Shown here piece by piece: positions 26,283-35,348 of a stretch of 62,124 nt of DNA; the first letter of the stretch is position 1; the number at the start of each line of letters is the position of its first letter. Position numbers and translations under genes: made by a program. Below the pieces are notes generated by a model. It saw nothing but the letters and a program-made list of their open reading frames with translations, did not search any database and had not been told where the DNA came from. Source of the DNA: a virus; IMG/VR virus record IMGVR_UViG_2710723518_000006, positions 1 to 62,124 of that record, one strand, 5' to 3'.

Positions 26283-28565
26283 TTATTCCGGCGCAATCGC
26301 CATATCTTTCGACAGGTGTTCGGCTTCCGCCTCCCAGCACATGCGGAATTTCATCGTCCGATTCGTAGGCGTCTTTTTTCTGTGCAACGCCAGATAGAAA
26401 GCGATGTCGAAATCCGGCGACGTTTGCGGCGTGTTGTCGCCAGTGAAACGGTAGACGTGATTCCGCACCAGTTGGGTGCGAATTAGCGTGCAGCCGAACC
26501 CGTTGCCGTCCAGGTAGTCATAGCCCTCGCCGCGGTCGACGAAGTGGATTCGCTGGCCGGCGTCGTTCAACCGCCATGCGACGTACCCTTTGTGGAATCG
26601 CGACAGGTACGGGCCGGCCACGCTTCCCACGTCATGATCGAAGCCACGCATCAGCAGGTCGATCCCGTCGTCTGGCGGAATACAGTCGTCCTCCAGCGAC
26701 AGGACGTAAGGCGAGTCGATCGACAGCCGGATCTGTTGCCACATGTCTGCCATCGCGGTACGGACGGCCGTACCAGCCTTCTTCCGGGGTGCGTCGGCCA
26801 GATCCCGCTCGCCGACTCGCATGGCCCGTACCCGAACGTCGGGATAGCCGCACCGGATCAACCACTCCCGAACCATTGCGGAAAACTCGGCATCGTGCGA
26901 CGTATTGACCAGCAGGATAGCTACCTGCTCTCGCGGCCACGTTTGGCGGTCGAGCCACGCGGAGTACGGTCCCCACGCCCACATGCGGCCAGCAAGCGGC
27001 GTCACGATCGTCACCCGCTCATACGCCAGCCCAGCCCGGTGGTAGTAATCGGTCTGCTTGAGCACCTTGGACCGCTGTGGCTGCTCGCCTGCCAATCCGT
27101 GCTTACGATAGCGGTAGACGGTCTGCTGCTTGGCAGCCTTCCATCCGCGTTGCACGATCCGGCGCCACCAGTCCCAGTCTTCTGTAATCAGCGGATCCTC
27201 ACGGACCAGCGGGCCGATCAGGTCCAACGCCTCGCGGCGGACGATCGCCCCCGCATGGATGTAGTTGTCCCATTCGATATGGTCGGGGTCGAAGGTCGGC
27301 ATTTGCAAAATGCGCGTCTCTTCCCCAAAGCAGTGCATGTCAGAGTAAACCAGCCCTATGCCTGGGTCTTTGAACATCGCATAGCCGTTATCGAGATATG
27401 CGGCCGGCAATTCGTCGTCGGCGTCCAGGAAGCATACCAGCGGGGCCGACGTTGCGTGCAAGCCGGCCGCTCGCGCCGTCGCCACGGACCCGGCGTTGAT
27501 CCGCATGTACCGCACGCCAGCGAACGATCTGGCTACCTCCTGCGTGTTGTCCGTTGACGAATCGTCTACGACTACGATTTCATCAGGCCGGACCGATTGA
27601 TTGATTACCGATCGGATCGCGTCGCCAAGGAACCGGCCGTAGTTGTGGCAGGGGATCACGATGGCGATAGGAACATCACGGTGTCCGCGTTCGGCTATCT
27701 TCTGCCGCCGTTTTCGTGGCAATAGTTCCGTCGCGTCGAACTCTTCACCGCGGAATGAGTCCGACTTGCGCGAACCGTTCGCTTTCCATGTCGGCGATAT
27801 CGTGCTCTCTTCCCCGACGTGCTGGGCAAGGCTCGGCGTGTGGTAGTAGACGAGCCGGTGTTCGTTCTGTGCCCATGTACCAATCGCCATTTCGACGTTT
27901 CGCTTGCGGTCCCACTCGGCAATGACCTTCGCGTGAAGCAATTCCTTCGCCACGTCTGGCGGGAACACCCACGCACATGCCCCCCATAGGTTCTCGCCCC
28001 GGTTCGTGATGAACCAACCATTGCCGGTGTCGTAGGTCGCGGGCGTGTAGATGGAGCAAAGCCCGACTCGCCCCGGTGGCCAGAGCGATGCTTCCAGGTA
28101 TTGCCGAACGCAATGCGAGAATACCACGTCATCTTGAACGATCAGGTAGGCATCCGCGTTCGGTTCGCGGATCGTCATTTCCGACAGTGCCCGATGCCAG
28201 TTCTTCCAGATGCCGCGAGCGGGCGGATCGTCGCGAAACACCAGCGGGTTCCGCCAGCCGGCGGACGCCAAGGAATCGACGGTCTTGTGGAAGTAGTCCT
28301 CGCGTGTCGGAATCGTCGTGATCCCGACACACCACGTATTGACCCGCTGCTGGCCGGACACGCGGACCTCTTCAATGATCCGTTGCGACGGCGGCGGCGG
28401 AATGTTGTCCCCTGGATCGAACGGCCGGCGGTACTCGCACTTGGCGCAATGCTTGGCGGTCGTCTCCGGGAACATCGGGTGCGAGCAACTGTAGATTTCG
28501 GTTGGCGATCCGCCCTCATTGCGAAGGGCGATCAGGTCTCCGAGGTGAACGCAATGGCCGTGCAA
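26283..28565 (-). CDS. Large multi-domain glycosyltransferase (central GT2 domain plus two further GT-A-like regions, N-terminal Cys/His cluster)
   Basis: IAIVIPCHNYGRFLGDAIRSVINQSVRPDEIVVVDDSSTDNT...CFLDADDEL. The start is probably the TTG at 28565, after SD AGGGAGGG. The ORF track extends to 28721 but that stretch overlaps the capsid gene. Confidence 0.8.
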   Translation of the reverse strand: MHGHCVHLGDLIALRNEGGSPTEIYSCSHPMFPETTAKHCAKCEYRRPFDPGDNIPPPPSQRIIEEVRVSGQQRVNTWCVGITTIPTREDYFHKTVDSLASAGWRNPLVFRDDPPARGIWKNWHRALSEMTIREPNADAYLIVQDDVVFSHCVRQYLEASLWPPGRVGLCSIYTPATYDTGNGWFITNRGENLWGACAWVFPPDVAKELLHAKVIAEWDRKRNVEMAIGTWAQNEHRLVYYHTPSLAQHVGEESTISPTWKANGSRKSDSFRGEEFDATELLPRKRRQKIAERGHRDVPIAIVIPCHNYGRFLGDAIRSVINQSVRPDEIVVVDDSSTDNTQEVARSFAGVRYMRINAGSVATARAAGLHATSAPLVCFLDADDELPAAYLDNGYAMFKDPGIGLVYSDMHCFGEETRILQMPTFDPDHIEWDNYIHAGAIVRREALDLIGPLVREDPLITEDWDWWRRIVQRGWKAAKQQTVYRYRKHGLAGEQPQRSKVLKQTDYYHRAGLAYERVTIVTPLAGRMWAWGPYSAWLDRQTWPREQVAILLVNTSHDAEFSAMVREWLIRCGYPDVRVRAMRVGERDLADAPRKKAGTAVRTAMADMWQQIRLSIDSPYVLSLEDDCIPPDDGIDLLMRGFDHDVGSVAGPYLSRFHKGYVAWRLNDAGQRIHFVDRGEGYDYLDGNGFGCTLIRTQLVRNHVYRFTGDNTPQTSPDFDIAFYLALHRKKTPTNRTMKFRMCWEAEAEHLSKDMAIAPE

Positions 28566-28577
28566 GATACCCTCCCT

Positions 28578-28614
28578 AAACAAGCAAGGCCGGCCAAGTG
28601 ATTGGCCGGCCTTG
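28578..28614 (-). terminator. Intrinsic terminator-like hairpin just after the capsid gene
   Basis: Perfect 12-bp stem CAAGGCCGGCCA-agtgat-TGGCCGGCCTTG (28585-28614), followed on the transcribed strand by CUUGUUU. Confidence 0.6.
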
Positions 28615-28650
28615 CGAGGCGACGCGACGGAACAGCAGGAGGCGAACTGC

Positions 28651-29790
28651 TTACGATCCGAAAACGACCGTGCCATAGGCCGACGCATTCGGCACGTACA
28701 GGGCCGGCATGGCGTTGTCAATCGCGTACAGGACGTGGGCGGTCGGATCGTCCATCCACTTGGCGTAGCTGTACAGACCCATTTGCACGACCGGCGGACG
28801 GTTCGGACCGTCGCTGATCGGCTCGGAACCTTCGAGCATCTCGAAGACTTCGCTCGTCGGCTTCGGACCGAACCACGCCTTGTTCTCTTCGACGAACTTC
28901 GTGTAGGTCTCGGAACCAGGGGCCCCGACCTCCATGCCCTCGTCCGTGATGATCCACTCGACCCACGGTACGGCCATCAACCGGCCGCGGAACTCGTTGA
29001 TCGGCGCTCCGGCCGAATCGGTCCCGATCTGGCGTTCATAGATGTCGAACACTTTGTTGCTGGAGCCGGCCCGGTTGCGCAAGCCAGTGTTGTTCGTGAC
29101 GTAGCCCCAAATGGCTGCGTTCGTCACGACTTGCTCCAGGCGTTGGCCGCAAAGCTGTTGGAACGCGGCATTGATCGCCGACAGATCGCCGAAGATGTCG
29201 GCGGCGGCATCGTCCCAACTCGTGCCGATGATATCGCCGGCTCCCAGCATGTTGAGCTGGTCTTTGTTGCCGGCCGGCATCCGGAAGTTGATCTGCTGGC
29301 CGGTCGAATCGGTGAAAGCGTAATACCATTCGCTCCCGTTCGGGATCATATAGAGCGAATCCCGCATCATGCCAACCGTGAGCATGGTGCGGAAGTTCGC
29401 CGCCTCTTGCCCGAGGACGCGAAGCTGCTTCTTGATGTAGCTTTCGCCGGCTTCGTCGAACTCGCCGGCCGTGCCGCCGATCCGGCGAAAGTTGTGAACC
29501 TCTTCCGCCAGCAGCCAAACCGATTCGGCCATGCGGGGGAAGGTGCCGTCGACCCGGCCGACCTTCTTCCGCGTCACGCGAGCGGCCGGCGTGCCCGGAG
29601 CCGTCGCACGGCCGACCTTGCGGCTGGCGTCGAAGATATCGTAACCGAACTGGCGATGGCCGATCCGGGAGACGTTCGGTCCGCCCGGCTGGAAGCCAAA
29701 CGCATTGAGAAGGGAGGACGAAGTGGCGGCGACGCGCTGGACGACTTTCGTCGTTACTTCTGCCCTCAGGAGGGTGTCGATGGAAGCCAT
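28651..29790 (-). CDS. Major capsid protein (lambda gpE-like by context)
   Basis: 379 aa, directly after a gpD-like decoration gene and followed by a terminator. The family assignment is from memory, not from a search. Confidence 0.75.
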   Translation of the reverse strand: MASIDTLLRAEVTTKVVQRVAATSSSLLNAFGFQPGGPNVSRIGHRQFGYDIFDASRKVGRATAPGTPAARVTRKKVGRVDGTFPRMAESVWLLAEEVHNFRRIGGTAGEFDEAGESYIKKQLRVLGQEAANFRTMLTVGMMRDSLYMIPNGSEWYYAFTDSTGQQINFRMPAGNKDQLNMLGAGDIIGTSWDDAAADIFGDLSAINAAFQQLCGQRLEQVVTNAAIWGYVTNNTGLRNRAGSSNKVFDIYERQIGTDSAGAPINEFRGRLMAVPWVEWIITDEGMEVGAPGSETYTKFVEENKAWFGPKPTSEVFEMLEGSEPISDGPNRPPVVQMGLYSYAKWMDDPTAHVLYAIDNAMPALYVPNASAYGTVVFGS

Positions 29791-29916
29791 TGTATTCTCA
29801 CCACAACACCCCCGCTCCGGTGGCTTCCGCGTATACTGATCGGTCAGCCTGTCGCGGTAACAGGTTTTCGGGAGCTACCCTAGACCGATAGTTTCCAAAG
29901 CTCCAAACTCCGCCGC
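29791..29916 (-). promoter_or_regulatory. Structured leader upstream of the capsid gene (copy 2 of a duplicated element)
   Basis: The minus strand reads CTAGGGTAGCTCCCG-aaaa-CCTGT-taccgcg-ACAGG-N15-ACGCGGAAGCC...GTGAGAATacaATG. Confidence 0.55.
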
Positions 29917-30696
29917 TTACGTGGCGGTCGTGATCGTGTTGCCCGGCGACAGATTGCGAACGTACCACTTCGTGCCGGCATCGTTCGAATGAACGATGAC
30001 GTGCCCGCCGATCTTCTGGCTGCCGGTGGAAAACGCGATCGAATCGGCCGATGCGTCGTTGATCGAAACCATGTCGTCACCGGCCGCGCTGGCAACCGTC
30101 ATGTTGAAGTCAACGACGTTGAGAAACTCGAACATCAGGCCGCGGGCGATCGTCGGCAACGTGAAGACGACGTTGCCGGCCGCCGCGGTGGTGGTGAACA
30201 GCGTGCCGTTGTCGGCCGCGACCACGGAGTAGTCGGCCGTCTTCGCGACTTCTTTGAGCGGACCGCCAAGGAACTGACGGCCCGGCAGGTCATCGTCGAA
30301 AAGGAAGTTGTTGGCAAGCTGGCGACGCGCCAGGCTGTCGAGGCCGATCAAGTTCGCGGCCTTGATCGGCCCGCCAACCGCAATCGGCATCAAGCGATTC
30401 TGGTTGTTGCCGTCGATGTCGGTCGCCCGGCATTCGAGCAACGCGATCGCTCGCGCGACCGCCGTGCCGTCCGTCGCGGTCGGACTGTACTGAGCGTACA
30501 GGTTGCTGGCCGTGATGAGGCCGAGCACCAGGCCTGGACGCAGGACAGTCGTTGGCGAATTGGCGGTATCGCGGGCCGCGCCGGAAATCAACCCGTTATG
30601 CAGGTGCCGCAGTTCCAGCGGACCCCAAAAAATCTCGGCTTCCGAGTTTTCGCGGGCGGTCGTGAAGCCCGGTACGGCGAATCCCATTTGGCTCAT
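29917..30696 (-). CDS. Head decoration protein (lambda gpD-like N-terminal domain plus C-terminal extension); C-terminus ...NTITTAT
   Basis: GLVLGLITASNLYAQYSPTATDGTAVARAIALLE... resembles the gpD family. The position next to the capsid gene fits. Confidence 0.65.
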   Translation of the reverse strand: MSQMGFAVPGFTTARENSEAEIFWGPLELRHLHNGLISGAARDTANSPTTVLRPGLVLGLITASNLYAQYSPTATDGTAVARAIALLECRATDIDGNNQNRLMPIAVGGPIKAANLIGLDSLARRQLANNFLFDDDLPGRQFLGGPLKEVAKTADYSVVAADNGTLFTTTAAAGNVVFTLPTIARGLMFEFLNVVDFNMTVASAAGDDMVSINDASADSIAFSTGSQKIGGHVIVHSNDAGTKWYVRNLSPGNTITTAT

Positions 30697-30809
30697 GTTT
30701 CATTCTCACGAGCCTCCCCGCGAAAGGCTTCCGCGTGTGTTGTGTGCGGCTGACGGACGCGGTTGCCGTCTGGTCGGGAGCTACCCTAGCCGCACGTTCG
30801 ATGATCGTC
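30697..30809 (-). promoter_or_regulatory. Structured leader upstream of the decoration gene (copy 1 of a duplicated element)
   Basis: The minus strand reads CTAGGGTAGCTCCCG-acca-GACGG-caaccgcgt-CCGTC-N15-ACGCGGAAGCC...GTGAGAATgaaacATG. Confidence 0.55.
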
Positions 30810-32432
30810 TTAAATCAGCCGCTTCACCGCGGCATCGATCTCCTCTTGCGAGAGCTTGCCGCTCCCGTCGTGGTCCTTGAACTCGTTCGGATGATCGACG
30901 GCCCGGAGGCTCATCTTCGTAGCCCGCTCGCCCGGCTCCCAGCACGCGCCGGCCGGTAGCTTCTTCGCGAACTCGATCAAGCGGTCCACGTCTTGCGGGA
31001 CCGTCTCGCCGTTCGCGTTCAGCGACATGCGATACGATGTCGCCTGTGGCTTGAGGAACTCGTTCGCGAGAGCCGGCGAGATACGGCCGGAACTCACCAG
31101 TTCGTCGATATCGCGGCTGATGCGGGCTTTCTCCGTCTTTTCGAGCCGGTTGTAGACTGACTTCATGAGCGGATTCGCCTTGAGCGACATGGCAATCTGC
31201 TCTTCGGCGTTCGGCTGCTCGACGTTCATGTCCGCGCTGTCCATGTCGGCCATGTCGTCTTCGTCCTCTTCCTCTTCGCCGTCCGCCTGGGCCTCGACTG
31301 CTTCCTTGGTATCGAGCGCGACCATGAGCAAGTCGGGAAGCTCTTCGAGGGTCGCGTCTTCGGGGAGCATGAAGCCATGCTTGGCGAGCTTGGCGAGCAG
31401 GTCGGCCATGCCGGTTTCTTCCGGCTCGTCGTCCGCCCCCTCTTCGACAGCGTCCGTGTCGGGGATTTCCACGTCCTGAACGTCGTCGAGGACTTCTTCG
31501 TCGGTGTCGGTGGCCATGCGGGTTACCTCGTAAAGAGACATGCGTGATTTACGTTTGGTTTTGGCGGCGGCGATATTGGCCTTGCCTTGTTGCTTCGCCT
31601 TCTTTTTGTCGACCGACTGATACGGACCCGGCGATGCTAACCCGGTCGTTTTCGCCGACTTCATGCCCGCCTTGCGAGACTCCGCCGCCTTCTTTGCCGA
31701 CGCGGAACGCTTCTTCGCGGCCTTTGCTTTGTCCTGCTTGTCCGCAGCCTTGACGGCTTTCTTTTCCGTCGCTTTCTTTTCCGTGCTGCGGACCCCGACG
31801 CCCTTGATTTCTTCGAACTTCCCGCTGGCCAGAACGCCCTTGGGAATCTGGCTCTTGCTGCCAACCACACGGGACTTGCCGCTGCGCGGACCGACGAAGC
31901 GAAACGCTAACTGGTCGGTCGTGACAGCCATGCCAAGCGACAGGTGCATGAGATCGGCTCCGTCGGTTCCGGCGGACGCGACCAACGGCGTCCCGGCCGG
32001 TTCGAAGTTCTCTTGACCGGCCGCGACCGGCATATTGACCAGCGCGACGTGCGTAATCACGTCCTCCCACACGTTGCCGGATCCGTCGCGGAACCGATCG
32101 CAGATTTCCGGCGAGACTTCGCGGACTACGGTCCCGACCCGGCGAGCATCTTCTTCGAGTGGGATTTCCAGTTCGGCAAGGAGCCTGCCCGCTTCATCCG
32201 TCTTGAGCGACTTCACGAAACCAGCGTTGTACTTGCTCGACCAGAACTCTTCTTCGTCCGGCGTGCGCGGCGTCGAATTGACGTGACCCCACGGGACGGG
32301 AATTTGCAGGCCCGCTTGCGACATGCGGTCAAATTGCTCGCACCAATGGCGAATCCGCTCCGGCGTAATCCGGATCGTCCGCTTGGGTGCCCGGTAGGTT
32401 CCGGCGTTCAGAATGTGCTTGCGAAACTCCAT
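30810..32432 (-). CDS. Prohead protease/scaffold-type protein (Mu gpI-like N-terminus, Lys-rich and acidic middle, C-terminal EF-hand loop)
   Basis: The N-terminus ILNAGTYRAP...ITPERIRHW...IPVPWGH...REVSPEI resembles Mu I-like proteins. The C-terminus carries DHDGSGKLSQEE. Confidence 0.6.
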   Translation of the reverse strand: MEFRKHILNAGTYRAPKRTIRITPERIRHWCEQFDRMSQAGLQIPVPWGHVNSTPRTPDEEEFWSSKYNAGFVKSLKTDEAGRLLAELEIPLEEDARRVGTVVREVSPEICDRFRDGSGNVWEDVITHVALVNMPVAAGQENFEPAGTPLVASAGTDGADLMHLSLGMAVTTDQLAFRFVGPRSGKSRVVGSKSQIPKGVLASGKFEEIKGVGVRSTEKKATEKKAVKAADKQDKAKAAKKRSASAKKAAESRKAGMKSAKTTGLASPGPYQSVDKKKAKQQGKANIAAAKTKRKSRMSLYEVTRMATDTDEEVLDDVQDVEIPDTDAVEEGADDEPEETGMADLLAKLAKHGFMLPEDATLEELPDLLMVALDTKEAVEAQADGEEEEDEDDMADMDSADMNVEQPNAEEQIAMSLKANPLMKSVYNRLEKTEKARISRDIDELVSSGRISPALANEFLKPQATSYRMSLNANGETVPQDVDRLIEFAKKLPAGACWEPGERATKMSLRAVDHPNEFKDHDGSGKLSQEEIDAAVKRLI

Positions 32433-32545
32433 AAGGCCAATTAGATGCGGTGTATTTCAAAAAAACCGCCTATTATGGAAAAAAATCGGCGGGTCGCTCC
32501 CGCGTCTCCTGTGCCCGTCGCGGTCGGGCCGGTCACGTTGCACAC

Positions 32546-33937
32546 ATGGCGATCGACTACGACGGCGCAAATAATGGCCTTTTCACACATATCGGCTCGA
32601 TCATCCAACGTATCAACGCCTACGAAATCTACTCCGACACGACATTCCCCGCCGATCTACAGGTAGTCATCGAGAAATTCCAGGCCGGCGACAAAGACAA
32701 AGAGATTGAGGGGATCGTCGCCGCCTATGAGGGTTTCAAGTCCAACGTCGACGGCTGGGCGTCATCGCTGGCCGGATTCATCACTCGCCGGATCACCGCC
32801 GAAGAAATCGTCCGCGAATTAAAGATGGAAACAAACGGGATCGCAGCCGTTCTGGCGGAACTCATCCGCCGCATGAACGAAGACAACGAGACTGTGGAGC
32901 CGTGCGCCGTCACGCTTTCGTCCGTATCGGCCGACGCGATAAACAACGGCAACGGGGTGGTTATCACAACCCGCCGCCTCGATGGCTACACCAAGCCCGG
33001 ATCGAACATGGCGGCCCACCAGCAATACAACGAGCTGCCGACGGAGCTTGCAGTCCCCGGCGAAACCATGACGTTGGAATGCGTGGCCGATTCCCAGCGT
33101 GACGGCCGGCCCGAGGGTCAGGAGTCGTTCCGCTGGCATGGCGAACTGGAGAATCTGTCGCTGGCCCATCCCACGGAAGGGAGCGGCAACGGTCCGACCC
33201 TGCAGACGTTGAACGCTTCGTCGTTGGTCAATAACCGCGACTTCGAGACGTTCAGCAGCAACGCGCCGAGCCGGTGGGATATCGACAGCGGGACGGCCGG
33301 AACGCACATTTTCCAGGACACAAGCGCAGGCGACTTCTTCCGCGGCGAGTCGGCCTTGCGGTTCGACGGCCAGCTTTCGCAGACCACGATCCAGATTTCG
33401 CAATCGCTCTCCGTGTCGGCATTGCGGCCGCTGCGTCGCTACGTCGGAGCCGTCTGGTACAAGGCGAGCGAAGAACCGGCTTCCGGCGACGCATCGACCC
33501 TGACGATCCAGCTCCAGGGGACCGGCCTCACGCTTTCGTCTACGGAGAAAATCGTCATCCAGTCGATCAACTACGCGACCGTCTGGACGCTCGCGTACTT
33601 CAAGATCAACTTGCCGGCCGTCATTCCGGACGATATCGAGCTGGCCATCAAGACGACTAACCTTACCAGCGGCATGTCGATCTGGATTGATTCGCTCGCA
33701 TTCGGTCCCATGACATACCACGGCGGCGTCGGGGCGGTCATCGTGGCCGGCGACGATCGGTTCATGCGCGGGGATCGGTTCACCTTCACCGTCGCCAATG
33801 ACCAGCTTGGCACGTTTCAGGATTTCTTCCGTCGTCATTACGGGATTCAGTTGCCGTCGAATGCAACGTCGACGATTTCAGATACGCTCGCCGGCGGAAT
33901 CGCTGGCGACGGCGACGGAGCCAGCCCGGTCAGCTAA
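32546..33937 (+). CDS. Hypothetical 463-aa protein on the opposite strand inside the head module
   Basis: The ATG at 32546 follows a divergent AT-rich gap. It is a clean ORF with no family I recognise. Confidence 0.55.
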   Translation: MAIDYDGANNGLFTHIGSIIQRINAYEIYSDTTFPADLQVVIEKFQAGDKDKEIEGIVAAYEGFKSNVDGWASSLAGFITRRITAEEIVRELKMETNGIAAVLAELIRRMNEDNETVEPCAVTLSSVSADAINNGNGVVITTRRLDGYTKPGSNMAAHQQYNELPTELAVPGETMTLECVADSQRDGRPEGQESFRWHGELENLSLAHPTEGSGNGPTLQTLNASSLVNNRDFETFSSNAPSRWDIDSGTAGTHIFQDTSAGDFFRGESALRFDGQLSQTTIQISQSLSVSALRPLRRYVGAVWYKASEEPASGDASTLTIQLQGTGLTLSSTEKIVIQSINYATVWTLAYFKINLPAVIPDDIELAIKTTNLTSGMSIWIDSLAFGPMTYHGGVGAVIVAGDDRFMRGDRFTFTVANDQLGTFQDFFRRHYGIQLPSNATSTISDTLAGGIAGDGDGASPVS

Positions 33938-34950
33938 TGAGGTCATCCATGCCAACGGTCAAAACTCGTTATCGCGTCAAGGTCATGACTCCTGTCAAGG
34001 CGTCCCGCATGTCGCTGTCGCCCGATCGCTGCATCCGCCTGTTCCTGCGTCACGCCCCTGACGCGGAGCAGCGGATGATTCACGGCCAATTGCACGATCC
34101 CAAAGGTTTGGCTCGCGAGATCCTCCAATTCGCGTTCCGGTTCGTCGGTCCGCGATCCGGCAAACCACGTACCGTCGCGTCGCGGTCGCAGGTGCCGAAA
34201 GGCATCTTGGCGTCTGGCAAGTTCGAAGAGATCAAGGTCGAGCGGAAGAAGCGGGAAGCGAAACCGAAGAAGGAACCGACAAAGAAGCTGGCAAAATCCC
34301 CCGCTGCGGACGCCGCGAAAGAACCGTCGCACGCGGAGGCCCACGCGAACGAACAGGCGAAAGCCCTCGGACACCTAAAGCGGCTCGGGGTAGACGTGAC
34401 GCACAATCCGAACGCGAATCCAGGCGAGTTGGAGTACCAGATTTCCAAATTCTCGAGGCAATTGACGGAGCCGCAGTTGACCCGCGTCAATTCCATCGTG
34501 GCGTCGCAGGCCCTTAACAAGCGAATCCCGCCACGCGGTGAACGCAAGGCCCCGGCCACGATCGCCGCTGCCGACCAAAAGAAAGTCGACGCATTGATTG
34601 AACGTATCCACAAGAGCTTGCCAGCCAACCAAGCCGAGTTGCTGGAAAAGTATGCCCCGCTCTTGGCACCGAAACGGACCTACGCCAAGCACACGTCGCT
34701 ACCTACCATGCCGAAAGCGGATGAGACGCTGATCCAAAAAGAGATGGCGTTTATCCCACGCGACCACGATTTCAACCTGGCAATGGAACGTCTCGGCTCT
34801 CGGCACGAACTGCCAAGCGATCGCCGCAAGGCTCGGCTGTTCCGCGCGGAAGCCATCAAGCGGGTCCGGAACCGGTTCGATTCCTCGAAGGACCGCGGGG
34901 AATGGACACGGTGGAACGATCTGTATTCGCAGATCACTCAAGGTGTCTAA
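33937..34950 (+). CDS. Lys-rich hypothetical protein sharing a 37-aa motif with the scaffold/protease
   Basis: TAATG overlap. FAFRFVGPRSGKPRTVASRSQVPKGILASGKFEEIK compares with LAFRFVGPRSGKSRVVGSKSQIPKGVLASGKFEEIK in 30810-32432. Confidence 0.5.
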   Translation: MRSSMPTVKTRYRVKVMTPVKASRMSLSPDRCIRLFLRHAPDAEQRMIHGQLHDPKGLAREILQFAFRFVGPRSGKPRTVASRSQVPKGILASGKFEEIKVERKKREAKPKKEPTKKLAKSPAADAAKEPSHAEAHANEQAKALGHLKRLGVDVTHNPNANPGELEYQISKFSRQLTEPQLTRVNSIVASQALNKRIPPRGERKAPATIAAADQKKVDALIERIHKSLPANQAELLEKYAPLLAPKRTYAKHTSLPTMPKADETLIQKEMAFIPRDHDFNLAMERLGSRHELPSDRRKARLFRAEAIKRVRNRFDSSKDRGEWTRWNDLYSQITQGV

Positions 34951-35336
34951 AGTTTCCTCTCTTTGAATTTATCGCTTCTGCCGCACGATAGACATACCGG
35001 CCAATGCGACAGATGGATCTTCATGCACCTTGTGCAATACGTTACTTTTGTCGCTAGCGTCCATTCGCGATTCGTGACCGGTTCGGTATTGTCTGGTGTG
35101 AGTGAGTAGTCAAATTGATCGTCAGCTCTCTTGATCGCTTCGCGATACTCCACTTCGATGCGATCCACTTCCGCCGCAAGCATTTGGTCATCCGGCCGAC
35201 AATACTGAAACCCAGACAGCCCGATCGCTTCGAGCGCTTTCGCTCGTTTGATTTCCGCATTGCCAATGAGCCGGTGCCAGTCCGTGACTTCGGATTTTCT
35301 GATCTGTTCGAATGCCCGTATCGTAGCTTCCTTCAT
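34947..35336 (-). CDS. Hypothetical protein with C-terminal zinc ribbon
   Basis: CTRC...CLSC. Its stop codon overlaps the stop of the convergent gene at 33937-34950. Confidence 0.5.
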   Translation of the reverse strand: MKEATIRAFEQIRKSEVTDWHRLIGNAEIKRAKALEAIGLSGFQYCRPDDQMLAAEVDRIEVEYREAIKRADDQFDYSLTPDNTEPVTNREWTLATKVTYCTRCMKIHLSHWPVCLSCGRSDKFKERKL

Positions 35337-35348
35337 TGATTTCCTTCG

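Noticed and set aside
31803-34236. Inverted ~110-bp repeats flanking a promoter-containing segment, read as an invertible DNA switch
   Set aside because: The two copies are only roughly three-quarters identical at the DNA level by eye and encode a shared peptide in two different genes. No invertase or recombinase is present.
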